NCBI GenBank assembly: GCA_964349555.1
Contig: CAYGGK010000001.1
Coordinates: 49,486-113,485 of the forward strand
Reading direction: 5' to 3'
Source of the DNA: an uncultured Candidatus Saccharibacteria bacterium
GTDB lineage: Bacteria > Patescibacteriota > Minisyncoccia > Phycocordibacterales > Phycocordibacteraceae
Length of the DNA stretch: 64,000 bases
Below, piece after piece: positions 55,371 to 64,000 of the stretch; the first letter of the stretch is position 1, and every line of letters starts with the position of its first letter. The notes beneath the pieces are model-generated. The model searched no databases, was not told where the DNA came from, and saw only the letters and a program-made list of their open reading frames with translations. The translations under genes and the position numbers were made by a program.

Positions 55371-56309
55371 ATGGAATACCACATCACCCTACCCAGTAAG
55401 CCCCGTATTGTTTCTGAAGAAGGATTGCAGGGCGTGTACGAAATAGATTCTCTGTATCCGGGCTATGGCCACACTCTTGGCAACAGTCTTCGCCGCATTA
55501 TTCTCTCTTCGCTTCCCGGCGCGACCGTCACGCAGGTGAAGATTGAGGGCGTCCCGCACGAGTTCAGTACGATAGAAGGTTCTCGCGAGACGGTTATGGA
55601 AATTCTCTTGAATTTGAAGCGCGTGCATTTCGTTCTCCACGGCGATGAGCCGCAGACCGTCTCGCTCGTCGCGAAGGGTTCAGGCGAGATAACCGCGAAA
55701 GACTTCAAGTGTCCGAGTCAAGTTGAAATAAAGAATCCCGAACAGCACATCTGTGACCTCTCCGGAAAGGCGAGTCTAGAGCTGGAGGCGACGATTGAGC
55801 GCGGTCTCGGGTATGTCGCGCGTGAGGCGCTCACCAAGGACAAGGTGGACATCGGCACCATCGCGCTTGACGCGACGTTCACGCCGATTCGCCGCGTCAA
55901 TTATGAGGTAGAAAACATGCGTGTCGGAGACCGCACCGACTTCAATCGCCTGCGTATCCTTATTGAAACGAACGGCACCATCGCCCCGCGCGAAGCTTTG
56001 GAGAAGTCGATCGAGACAATGATCCACCAACTGAAGGCGGTTATAGGATTCCAAGAAAGCGCTTCTCCTTCCGCTGAAAGTACCTCTGCGGAGGGAAGTG
56101 CCGTCTCCGGCGGGAAGATCAAGGTTGCGGAGCTCGGCCTTCCAGCTCGTGTGACGTCCGCTCTTGAAGATTCGGGCATCAAGAGCGCGGCTGGTCTCGC
56201 CAGAAAAACTGCGAGCGCGCTCAAGGAGCTTGATGGGATAGGAGAGAAGGCGATTGAAGAAATCTCAGTTGCGCTCGCCGGTCACGGCCTCACCTTAAAA
56301 TCCGATTAA
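55371..56309 (+). CDS. rpoA: DNA-directed RNA polymerase subunit alpha
   Basis: N-terminal dimerisation domain (GYGHTLGNSLRRILLSS) and C-terminal alpha-CTD (LGLPARVTSALEDSGI). Confidence 0.9.
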   Translation: MEYHITLPSKPRIVSEEGLQGVYEIDSLYPGYGHTLGNSLRRIILSSLPGATVTQVKIEGVPHEFSTIEGSRETVMEILLNLKRVHFVLHGDEPQTVSLVAKGSGEITAKDFKCPSQVEIKNPEQHICDLSGKASLELEATIERGLGYVAREALTKDKVDIGTIALDATFTPIRRVNYEVENMRVGDRTDFNRLRILIETNGTIAPREALEKSIETMIHQLKAVIGFQESASPSAESTSAEGSAVSGGKIKVAELGLPARVTSALEDSGIKSAAGLARKTASALKELDGIGEKAIEEISVALAGHGLTLKSD

Positions 56310-56329
56310 AGTTGTGATTTTAAACTGAT

Positions 56330-56683
56330 ATGGCGTACACCACCAAAGGACAGACATTCCACCGAAAGGCCGGCCAACGCCGGGCGCTTATAAAGTCGCT
56401 CGCGCGGTCTCTTGTTCTCGAGGAGCGTATCTCGACGACCGAGGCAAAGGCGAAGGCACTGCGCCCTTTTGTTGAGCGACTCGTAACCTACGCGAAGAAA
56501 AATACGCTCGCGAGTCGCCGGCTCGCCCAAACGCGTCTCGGCGATAAGGAGGCGGTAAAGAAACTCTTTGATTCAATCGGGCCTCGGTACACCAAGAGAG
56601 ACGGCGGGTACACGCGTGTCGTGAAGCGTACGAAGCGCGGGTTTAATGATGCCCGCAAGCTTGCATATATCTCTTTTACCTAG
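56330..56683 (+). CDS. rplQ: 50S ribosomal protein L17
   Basis: FHRKAGQRRALIKSLARSLVLEERISTT...YTRV. Confidence 0.9.
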   Translation: MAYTTKGQTFHRKAGQRRALIKSLARSLVLEERISTTEAKAKALRPFVERLVTYAKKNTLASRRLAQTRLGDKEAVKKLFDSIGPRYTKRDGGYTRVVKRTKRGFNDARKLAYISFT

Positions 56684-56695
56684 TATTCATATCTT

Positions 56696-57067
56696 ATGAC
56701 CCTCAACACGAAGCCGACCCACACCGAGCACCTCATCGACGCGACTGACCGTACGCTCGGGAGAGTGGCGAGCGAGGCGGCGCACGCGCTGCTCGGCAAG
56801 CGCTCGGTTCACTTCGCGAAAAACCAAGCGGTCCCCATCACCGTTACGGTCAACAATGCCAGCAAGCTACACTTGCCTGCGCGCCGTACGAAAGGGAAGG
56901 TGTATACGCGGTACACCGGCTACCCGGGAGGCCTCTACTCCATGACGATGGAGGAAATGATCGCGAAGAAGGGCATCGCCGAGGTCGTAAAGAAGACCGT
57001 TGACGGCATGATTCCGCGCAACAAACTACGCAAGCCGCGCATGAAGAATCTGGTAGTCAACGCATAA
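56696..57067 (+). CDS. rplM: 50S ribosomal protein L13
   Basis: HLIDATDRTLGRVASEAAHALLGK...TGYPGGL...MIPRNKL. Confidence 0.85.
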   Translation: MTLNTKPTHTEHLIDATDRTLGRVASEAAHALLGKRSVHFAKNQAVPITVTVNNASKLHLPARRTKGKVYTRYTGYPGGLYSMTMEEMIAKKGIAEVVKKTVDGMIPRNKLRKPRMKNLVVNA

Positions 57068-57076
57068 CGGTACGAT

Positions 57077-57472
57077 ATGGCAACAAAATTCATCACTGCA
57101 GTCGGGCGCCGCAAAACCGCAATCGCAACGGTACGCATGAGTGTCGCGCCAAAGTCGAGCGTCATGGTTAACGGCAAGAATCTAAAGGATTATTTCAAGA
57201 CAGATCTACGCGCGAAAATAGCCGAAGAAGCGCTCTCAACAGCGGAGAGCGCCGAGAATTACCAAGTGACTGCGCATGTCGAAGGAGGTGGTATCGCGGC
57301 ACAGGCCGACGCGCTTCGTCACGCTATCTCCCGCGCTCTTATCAAGGTAGAACCGAATACGCGCAAGGTATTAAAGGCCGCGCATTTTCTCAAGCGCGAC
57401 TCGCGCGCCAAGGAACGCAAGAAGCCCGGTCTCGTCAAGGCTCGCAAAGCAAAGCAGTGGAGCAAACGCTAG
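57077..57472 (+). CDS. rpsI: 30S ribosomal protein S9
   Basis: GRRKTAIATVR...GGGIAAQADALRHAISRAL...KKPGLVKARKAKQWSKR. Confidence 0.9.
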   Translation: MATKFITAVGRRKTAIATVRMSVAPKSSVMVNGKNLKDYFKTDLRAKIAEEALSTAESAENYQVTAHVEGGGIAAQADALRHAISRALIKVEPNTRKVLKAAHFLKRDSRAKERKKPGLVKARKAKQWSKR

Positions 57473-57492
57473 TTTTATAAAAAGAGCCAATC

Positions 57493-57855
57493 ATGAACAT
57501 CACGATCAGGGCGACGAAGTACAAGCTCTCCCCAGAAACTGAAGCGCTGATTGAGAAGAAGCTCGCGGCGCCGCTCCGTCTTCTTGGGAAGGACGGCGAC
57601 CGTGCGTTGTTGGAGATAGAGATAGAGGAGGCGCCGCCGGAAGGACGCTCGTCAGAACCCTGCCGGCTCGTCGCGAGGCTTGTGATAAACGACAACGTTT
57701 TTCATGCCGAAGCGGTGAAGCCGACGCCCGAGAGCGCGGCCGATAAGGTCCGCAGTGAGCTCGAGGCCGAGATACGACGTTCACGCGGTCGCGCCCGCCG
57801 ACTCTTTAGGTACGGTGGCGCGGCGCTCAAGCGGATGTTGCGTTTCGGTCGTTAG
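57493..57855 (+). CDS. hpf: Ribosome hibernation promoting factor / ribosomal subunit interface protein (HPF/RaiA-like)
   Basis: MNITIRATKYKLSPETEALIEKKL...FHAEAV pattern of the S30AE family. Confidence 0.65.
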   Translation: MNITIRATKYKLSPETEALIEKKLAAPLRLLGKDGDRALLEIEIEEAPPEGRSSEPCRLVARLVINDNVFHAEAVKPTPESAADKVRSELEAEIRRSRGRARRLFRYGGAALKRMLRFGR

Positions 57856-58391
57856 GTCCTCAGATAGGAAAGCATCGTACCGGCGCCAGAAACCTCAAAT
57901 GGGTCGTCTGGGCAGTTGTCCACATATCCGGGTTCGATAAAAAGCTTTTTGATAACTCCGTCTTCCACAAACATTGAGTAGCGCCATGAGCGCTCGCCGA
58001 AGCCAAGGTTCTCTTTTTTTACAAGCATTCCCATCCCGCGTGTGAACGCGGCATTGCCGTCGGGAAGCATCTTCACGTTCTTCACGCCCTGCTTGTCCGC
58101 CCACTGCTTCATAACAAAGGCGTCATTGACCGAGAGGCAGTAGACTTCGTCAACACCTAATGCCTTAAACTCGTCATACGCCACCTCAAAGCCCGGGAGG
58201 TGCGTCGAGGAGCAGGTGGGCGTAAAGGCGCCCGGCAGGCTGAAGACAACCACCTTTTTGCCCTTGAAGACGTCGTCTGTGGTAATGTCCTGCCATCGGT
58301 ATGGGTTCTCTCCACCGACCGATTCATCCCGCACTCGCGTCTTGAACACGACTTCCGGTACCTTCTCACCTTCTTTTGTATGTGTAGTCAT
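57852..58391 (-). CDS. Peroxiredoxin, Prx5-like (AhpC/TSA family)
   Basis: LPGAFTPTCSSTHLPGF peroxidatic Cys context. Confidence 0.8.
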   Translation of the reverse strand: MTTHTKEGEKVPEVVFKTRVRDESVGGENPYRWQDITTDDVFKGKKVVVFSLPGAFTPTCSSTHLPGFEVAYDEFKALGVDEVYCLSVNDAFVMKQWADKQGVKNVKMLPDGNAAFTRGMGMLVKKENLGFGERSWRYSMFVEDGVIKKLFIEPGYVDNCPDDPFEVSGAGTMLSYLRT

Positions 58392-58406
58392 AATGGCAGA
58401 AGCATA

Positions 58407-59756
58407 TCAAGCCAGCTTTTTATAATCAACCTCGCGTTTGCCTTCAGGGATGACGCGCTCAATAACGAATTTTCCATTCTTGAAAGACGCCTCAGTAATT
58501 TTTATGCGTTTCCCATTTTCAAAAAAATACGTGCCGATAGAGTCAGCATAGGCGCGATACTTGTTCCAATTCTCTTCGGCGGGAGCGTCAAGCGAGAGAA
58601 GACCGTCTTCTTTTTTGATTTTATACGCGCGCGTTGCCTGCGAAGTGTCCTGCGGAGTCGGCGCGAGGTTTCCTTCCAAATATTCCGGGAGCGTTTCAAC
58701 AAGAAGCTTCGCGCCCATCTCGACAAGACGAGGCCGAAGTTCTCGCACAGTTTCATCTGGCCTGATAGGTGTCGCCTCCTGCGCGAGCACGTCGCCTGCA
58801 TCGAGTTCTTTTGCCATTTTCTGTATCGTCACTCCCGTTTCACTTTCTCCCGCGAGAAGAGCAGTTTCGAGAGGTGTTGCTCCTCGATATTTCGGCAGAA
58901 GCGAATAATGCACGTTTAGGACGCCGCTCGGGAATGCGTCTATAAGCGTCTCGGGAAATATTTTCCCATAAGCGACGACGAGGGCGTAGTCGCATCCGAG
59001 TGCGCCAATCGTCCTAATGGTCTCTGAGTCCAGCTTTTCTGGAGTCATGACCGGAATGTCGTGCTCGAGGGCGAGAGTCTTCGTTTCTGAGGGAGTGAGA
59101 GCGAGACCTCGGCCTCTCGGAGCGTCTGGAGAGGTGACGACGACCGAGGGCACGAATCCGCGCTCTATGAGAAGAACGAGCGTGTCGCTCGCGACCTTCG
59201 GCGTGCCGAAGTAGGCGAACGAGTGCGCCAGCCCATGCGGGATACGAATAAGATGTGTCGCGTGGTCGGTAAAGAGAATGCCGTTCAAATGATCCACCTC
59301 ATGTTCAAATATCTGCGCCATGAGCCCGCCGCCGCCGCGTTGAAAGTGAGAGCCGTCAATGCGCCTCGCCTTGATAGTGGCACGCTCGTGTCTCTTTGTT
59401 GTGCCGTAGACGCCGTGCACCGAGAGGCACCCTTCGTCCGTAGTCGCTCTTTTACGCGAGGTTTTTACAATCTCAGGGTTCACATACACCTCCACTTCAG
59501 GAGGGAGCACTTCATACCGAGGGCCGCCCTCGGTAGGTTTAGGCGGGGGAAGAGTTCTGTCTTTGCGCACGATGAACACGCGATATGAGACGCCTATTTG
59601 TGGCGCGGCGATAGCGACCCCTTCCGGGGAGCGGTCAAGCGCTTCGCTCATGTCGTTAACCAGGCGCACGAGCTCCGGCGAGCCGAAGAGATTCTCCGGC
59701 ACCGGTTTCGCGACTTCCCGCAGTATGGGCGCACCGTCCTGCACAATTTCTTTCAT
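58407..59756 (-). CDS. def-fmt: Fused peptide deformylase (N-terminus) plus methionyl-tRNA formyltransferase (C-terminus)
   Basis: The N-terminal half has Def motifs GVAIAAPQIG, EGCLS, EHEVDHLNG. The C-terminal half has the Fmt core: HYSLLPKYRGATP and the Fmt C-terminal domain. Single uninterrupted 449-aa ORF. Confidence 0.8.
   Translation of the reverse strand: MKEIVQDGAPILREVAKPVPENLFGSPELVRLVNDMSEALDRSPEGVAIAAPQIGVSYRVFIVRKDRTLPPPKPTEGGPRYEVLPPEVEVYVNPEIVKTSRKRATTDEGCLSVHGVYGTTKRHERATIKARRIDGSHFQRGGGGLMAQIFEHEVDHLNGILFTDHATHLIRIPHGLAHSFAYFGTPKVASDTLVLLIERGFVPSVVVTSPDAPRGRGLALTPSETKTLALEHDIPVMTPEKLDSETIRTIGALGCDYALVVAYGKIFPETLIDAFPSGVLNVHYSLLPKYRGATPLETALLAGESETGVTIQKMAKELDAGDVLAQEATPIRPDETVRELRPRLVEMGAKLLVETLPEYLEGNLAPTPQDTSQATRAYKIKKEDGLLSLDAPAEENWNKYRAYADSIGTYFFENGKRIKITEASFKNGKFVIERVIPEGKREVDYKKLA
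59515..59535. repeat. Palindromic element P-c: TACCGAGGGCCGCCCTCGGTA inserted in-frame within the def portion of def-fmt
   Basis: Seen directly; encodes part of the extra PKPTEGGPRYEV segment. Confidence 0.8.
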
Positions 59757-59877
59757 TCAACGAATTACAGCACATATATGGGTCTATTCAAAAGTATTGA
59801 CAAATATAAATCTATGGTATATCATAAAAGCAGACCGTATCCGCCCTTGGTCAGGGCATTGAAGTAGGGGGCTGAAC

Positions 59878-60561
59878 ATGTCGAACGCAAGTGCCGCTTT
59901 GGCGGCTTCGTCACCTTTCACCGTTCTTGAACGGAAGATGTTGTGGGTGGGCGGTGTAATTGAAATTACAGTGCCAGAGACAGCAAACGAAGGAAGTTAC
60001 CCTTCCGACGCGGGTCCCCAGAGGTTCGTTAGATTTGCCCAGAGCGTTAAGGGCGGTGTGGTGAACTTCTTTGTTCACGACGCAGAACCGACCAGGCTTC
60101 TCGGGAAAAAGATCATTGCTGACGTCAAGATCTGGGAGAAGAGGTTGGCTGATGGAAGGAAATTCCTCTATGTTGACTTCCACCCCACCGCGAATACCTC
60201 GTCCGCCGTACATCGCATGTCGGTAATGAACGCACAGAAAAAGGACATCGTGATGGAAGAAGGGTTTGCGGCGTTCGAAACGCCGGCGCCCTTTGTCGGT
60301 GTCGTCGTGGTTGCTCCAGTCGGGAGTAAGATCCTGATTAAAGCGCCGCTTGCGTTTGCCGGTACGCAAAAGCCGAAGTTCTTGACTATTCCGTCACCTG
60401 TCTCGACTGGCGATCGGAAACTTGATCAACTGATCAAGGATGGTTGGAAGATTAACCACGAGAACGACAAGTGTGTGTACCTCTGGAAGATGAAGGGCGG
60501 CAAGGAGAAACATCTCGTGCATTACAAGCCGCAACTGGCAAAAAAACAAAAACCACGCTAA
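59878..60561 (+). CDS. Hypothetical protein
   Basis: ORF followed by a clear intrinsic terminator; no domain recognised. Confidence 0.35.
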   Translation: MSNASAALAASSPFTVLERKMLWVGGVIEITVPETANEGSYPSDAGPQRFVRFAQSVKGGVVNFFVHDAEPTRLLGKKIIADVKIWEKRLADGRKFLYVDFHPTANTSSAVHRMSVMNAQKKDIVMEEGFAAFETPAPFVGVVVVAPVGSKILIKAPLAFAGTQKPKFLTIPSPVSTGDRKLDQLIKDGWKINHENDKCVYLWKMKGGKEKHLVHYKPQLAKKQKPR

Positions 60562-60581
60562 TTTGCGGCGGCAGACATCGG

Positions 60582-60616
60582 GGCCCGTTCAAGGTAAAAC
60601 CTTGCGGGCCTTTTTT
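60582..60616. terminator. Intrinsic terminator, bidirectional context (GGCCCGTTCAAGG-TAAAA-CCTTGCGGGCC + TTTTTTATT)
   Basis: 13-bp interrupted GC stem plus a T6 run, between convergent genes. Confidence 0.65.
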
Positions 60617-60623
60617 ATTGGGG

Positions 60624-60908
60624 TTAATGTTTTGTCGGGTCGAGTTCCCACCAGAATTTTTTGCTGAAATTTTTTGCCTGACTGCAGACGCTTTTTAAAT
60701 AATACAAGTCCTGCGTCGGTATCTTCTCAAGGACCGTGCCGAGGTGCGCCATCGTCATCGGCGCGAGACCGTCGTGTTTGCGGGAATAATTCAGATGGCG
60801 CAAAAAGAAACGCATCAGCTCGCCGCGCTCGGTCTGGCGTTTTCGTCCCTTTGGCGCTTCTTCCGCCTTTTTTCGTATATCGGGGACCAATTCGTGAATA
60901 GACTTCAT
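60624..60908 (-). CDS. Hypothetical small protein
   Basis: ORF only. Confidence 0.3.
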   Translation of the reverse strand: MKSIHELVPDIRKKAEEAPKGRKRQTERGELMRFFLRHLNYSRKHDGLAPMTMAHLGTVLEKIPTQDLYYLKSVCSQAKNFSKKFWWELDPTKH

Positions 60909-60926
60909 GTGATTTAGCAGAGTCGC

Positions 60927-62234
60927 CTATGAGGAGACTTCTATTGAGGCGCCGAGGCGCTTCAGGCGACTCACGATATCTTCGTAGCCGCGGTTGATGC
61001 TGTAGACGTTGCGGAGCATCGAGCGCCCCTTAGCGGCAAGCATGGCGACGAGAATGATGGTCGCTGGACGGAGCGCGGGCGGGCAGATGACCTCGGCGGC
61101 CTTGAGGTGCGTCGGCCCCTCAATCGAGATGCGATGAGGATCGTGCAGGACCGTTCTCGCTCCAAGGCGGTCAAGCTCGGTGTAGTAAATGGCGCGTTTC
61201 TCGTACGACCAATCATGGATAAGCGTCGTGCCTACGGCCTGGGTCGCGATGACCGCGAAGAACGGCAAGTTGTCGATGTTGAGCGCGGGGTAGGGCCGCG
61301 CATGAATTTTTTCCGGGAAGGAGACGAGCTCGGACGCCTCAAGGTGAATGTCAGCGAGCTTGGTGATACCATTTTCTGATACTCCCGCGTCGGTAACGGT
61401 AAAGCGCGCTCCCATTTTCTCGAGTACGAAGAGTTCCACCTCGAGAAATTCAATGGGCGCTTTCGCAATAGTAAGCGTGCTTCCAGTCACAAGGGCGGCC
61501 GTAATAAAAAACATCGCATCGGTCGGATCTTCGGCGACCGCGTATTCGATATCTTTCCGTATCTCCTCGACACCCGTAACGACAAGGGTGCTCGTGCCGA
61601 CTCCCTCGATACGCACGCCAAGCGCTATGAGGAAGCCGCAGAGTTCCTGTACCGCATAATTGGCCGAACAGTATTTAATGGTGCTCTCGCCAGGGATGCG
61701 CGCGGCCGCGAGGAGAGCGTTCTCGGTCGCCGTGTCGCTCGCTTCATATAATATGACGGTTGCGCTCGTGAGCACGTCGCGGGTTACTCGGTAACGGTCG
61801 ACGAGTGTCTCGATAGTGACACCGAATTTTTCAAGTACCCAGAGATGCGGTCGTACCGAACGGAGTCCGAGCGTACAGCCGCCCGATTGAGGAAGTTCAA
61901 ATGTTTTGAATACGTGCACAAGCGAACCGATGAACATCAAGATACTGCGTGTCTTGGTCGCCGCAACATGGTCGATGGTATCAATTGAAATTTTTTCGGG
62001 CGGCTGTATGACGACGCTTGACCCTTGCCACTCTACCGAGACGCCTATCGAGCGGAGAACTTCTATGAGGCGATTAACCTCTTCAATTTTGGGAACGTTT
62101 TTAAGCGTCGTGCGGCCCGCATTCAGGAGTGAGGCGGCCAAGAGGGCGACGGCGCCGTTTTTAGACCGGCTCGTCTCCACCACCCCCGAGAGCTTCTTCC
62201 CGCCGTCAATCACGAAATTCATCTCTCCTTGCAT
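60927..62234 (-). CDS. murA: UDP-N-acetylglucosamine 1-carboxyvinyltransferase
   Basis: EPSP-synthase fold repeats; the catalytic-loop Cys region (…CTLGLRSVRPH…). Confidence 0.8.
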   Translation of the reverse strand: MQGEMNFVIDGGKKLSGVVETSRSKNGAVALLAASLLNAGRTTLKNVPKIEEVNRLIEVLRSIGVSVEWQGSSVVIQPPEKISIDTIDHVAATKTRSILMFIGSLVHVFKTFELPQSGGCTLGLRSVRPHLWVLEKFGVTIETLVDRYRVTRDVLTSATVILYEASDTATENALLAAARIPGESTIKYCSANYAVQELCGFLIALGVRIEGVGTSTLVVTGVEEIRKDIEYAVAEDPTDAMFFITAALVTGSTLTIAKAPIEFLEVELFVLEKMGARFTVTDAGVSENGITKLADIHLEASELVSFPEKIHARPYPALNIDNLPFFAVIATQAVGTTLIHDWSYEKRAIYYTELDRLGARTVLHDPHRISIEGPTHLKAAEVICPPALRPATIILVAMLAAKGRSMLRNVYSINRGYEDIVSRLKRLGASIEVSS

Positions 62235-62263
62235 GGGAGTATCGTACCACTTATGATGCGTCT

Positions 62264-63289
62264 ATGTCTTTCTTCTCTCCCAAGCTCGGTATAGATCTCG
62301 GCACGACCAATGTGCTTGTTTTCGTGCCCGGGAAGGGAGTCATTATCAATGAACCCTCGGTTGTCGCCGCGAGTAAGACGCACGGCAGGCGTGGCGGCAA
62401 CAAGATACTCGCTATAGGAATGGAAGCGAAGAACATGATCGGCAAGACTCCCGACGATATTATTGCGTATCGTCCGATGAAGGACGGCGTTATCGCAGAC
62501 TACCGTATCACCGAGGCAATGCTCCGCTATTTTATGAAAAAGGCGCTCGGCAGAAACCCGTTCAAGCCGACCGTGTTGATCTCCGTCCCCGCGGGGGTGA
62601 CATCAACCGAGAAGCGCGCCGTCATTGAAGCGGCGCTTAAGGCCGGAGCCAAGAATGCGTACGTGGTGAAGGAGCCGATACTCGCCGCCATTGGCGCGGG
62701 TATTCCTATTCACGAAGCGATGGGGCACATGGTCGTGGACATCGGCGGCGGAACGATAGATGTTGCGGTGATTTCTCTCGGCGGTATCGTCGCCTCAACA
62801 AGTGTGAAGTGTGCGGGCGACCGCCTGGACCACGCGATTATTGATCACGTAAAAAAACACCACAATCTCGCCATAGGCGGGAAAACAGCCGAAGAGCTGA
62901 AGATAAGGGTCGGAGCCGCCGTGCCGATGAACGAGGAACTCTCCATGGCGGTCAAAGGACGCGACCTCATGAGCGGTCTGCCGCGCACGGTTGAGATCTC
63001 AACAAACGAGCTTGTGCAGGCGATAGCGCGAGAGCTCCGCGAGATGACACAGGCGATACGCAAGGTGCTTCAGGACACGCCGCCGGAGCTCGCCGCTGAT
63101 ATTATTGACAACGGCATTATTCTCACAGGGGGCTCTTCCCAACTCCGTCAAATGTCCGAGCTCGTATATCGCCGCACCGGCGTCGTCGCCAAGCTTGGGA
63201 AAGATCCGTACTTTTGTGTGGCGCGCGGAACCGGCGTCGCGCTCCAGCACCTGGACACCTACCAAAAAAGCATCCTCGCAAAACAATGA
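62264..63289 (+). CDS. mreB: Rod shape-determining protein MreB
   Basis: GIDLGTTNVLVFV, VVDIGGGTIDVAV, the actin-fold motifs. Confidence 0.9.
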   Translation: MSFFSPKLGIDLGTTNVLVFVPGKGVIINEPSVVAASKTHGRRGGNKILAIGMEAKNMIGKTPDDIIAYRPMKDGVIADYRITEAMLRYFMKKALGRNPFKPTVLISVPAGVTSTEKRAVIEAALKAGAKNAYVVKEPILAAIGAGIPIHEAMGHMVVDIGGGTIDVAVISLGGIVASTSVKCAGDRLDHAIIDHVKKHHNLAIGGKTAEELKIRVGAAVPMNEELSMAVKGRDLMSGLPRTVEISTNELVQAIARELREMTQAIRKVLQDTPPELAADIIDNGIILTGGSSQLRQMSELVYRRTGVVAKLGKDPYFCVARGTGVALQHLDTYQKSILAKQ

Positions 63290-63969
63290 GAAATCACGCG
63301 TTTGTAGTAGAGGCGGAAGCAGAGGAGGGGATACGAGCGGCCGAAGCGTGGGCCGAAAAAGAGTTGAAAATTAAGATACAGGGGAACCCGGACGTCGTCG
63401 TTTTGCGCTACGGGCTCTTTTCGGTTGAGGACGCGCGGCGAGTAACGGAGCTCGCCGCGAGCGCACCTTTCGCAGGCGAACACAAAGTAGTGATTATTGC
63501 CGCAAGTCGCGCGTATCACGAAGCGCAGAATGCGCTTCTAAAACTCTTTGAGGAACCACCACAAGGAACCTATATGTTCCTTGTGCTTCCGACTCTGGGG
63601 TCTCTGCTTCCCACGTTAAGGTCGCGCATGCAAGTCTTGAGAAGTGCAGTCCCTCGACTGGACTCGGGACGACAAGAAATTCCAGAAGTTGCAAAGCAAT
63701 TTCTTGCCGCGAGTAAGGAGAAGCGGAGCGCGATTATTAAAAAATTGACCAGCGGGAAGGACGAAGAAGAGAAGAGAGAGAATCGCGAGGAGGCGATAGC
63801 TATCGTAAACGGCATCGAGCAAGTGGCTTACCGAAGTCTGACTTCGGCAGGAAATACGGCACTCTTGTCGGATATCGCAACTCTGCGCGGGTACCTCTAC
63901 GACCGTAGCGCACCGGTGCGTATGATTATGGAGCACCTCTCACTAGTGATTCCTCGGAATTTGCTATAA
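63286..63969 (+). CDS. holB: DNA polymerase III delta-prime-like clamp-loader subunit
   Basis: ALLKLFEEPP and SRC-like TLRSRMQVL motifs. 4-nt overlap with mreB. Confidence 0.6.
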   Translation: MRNHAFVVEAEAEEGIRAAEAWAEKELKIKIQGNPDVVVLRYGLFSVEDARRVTELAASAPFAGEHKVVIIAASRAYHEAQNALLKLFEEPPQGTYMFLVLPTLGSLLPTLRSRMQVLRSAVPRLDSGRQEIPEVAKQFLAASKEKRSAIIKKLTSGKDEEEKRENREEAIAIVNGIEQVAYRSLTSAGNTALLSDIATLRGYLYDRSAPVRMIMEHLSLVIPRNLL

Positions 63970-64000
63970 ACTATTACCTATAACCTACCAACTACTTCAT

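Noticed and set aside
1-64000. Looked for CRISPR arrays, rRNA genes, IS elements, transposases, integrases and phage genes
   Set aside because: No regularly spaced identical direct repeats with unique spacers were seen. There are no 16S/23S/5S-like stretches. None of the ORFs has transposase (DDE) or integrase (tyrosine recombinase R..H..R..Y) signatures. The only repeats are the short palindromic and direct repeats reported above.

Overview
This is a 64-kb, visibly GC-rich bacterial chromosomal window on a single contig. Housekeeping genes are densely packed on both strands and nearly all are compact or truncated: short IF-2, short DnaX, AlaRS without the C-Ala domain, Rel without ACT domains, a fused def-fmt gene, and Cys-less L33 and L36. 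By inference this fits a reduced-genome, CPR/Patescibacteria-like organism. I found no rRNA, CRISPR array, transposase or integrase.

Recognisable core genes include rpsU, hisS, lepB, pth, rpsA, gyrA, rbfA-infB, a cysteine desulfurase, clpB, rpmG, miaA, two peroxiredoxins, parB, rel, topA-dprA, serS, dus, dnaX, a HlyD/FtsX/ABC exporter, pepO, alaS, infA-rpmJ-rpsM-rpsK-rpsD-rpoA-rplQ, rplM-rpsI-hpf, def-fmt, murA, mreB, holB and 7 tRNAs.

The most unusual content is an ~8-kb islet at 8.25-16.3 kb that abuts tRNA-Leu(TAG). Two paralogous PaaX-like putative regulators bracket it, and each is flanked by its own pair of repeats. One repeat family has a third copy between topA and rel. The islet carries a small SAM methyltransferase, an orphan membrane-anchored solute-binding protein, a tandem array of six diverged two-transmembrane VirB2/TrbC-like pilin-like peptides, and an SPFH/band-7 protein with a membrane partner.

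A seventh copy of the pilin-like two-TM module lies at 24.7 kb, fused to a Cys-rich M15 (VanY-like) peptidoglycan peptidase.

Other notable observations: perfect palindromic elements inserted in-frame into miaA and def, with extra copies in a 600-bp noncoding stretch; a secreted SH3b-M23 peptidase cluster; and a PilM/FtsA-like actin-fold ATPase next to a membrane protein with a PilN-like N-terminus.

All functional calls come from motif recognition by eye. No database searches were run.
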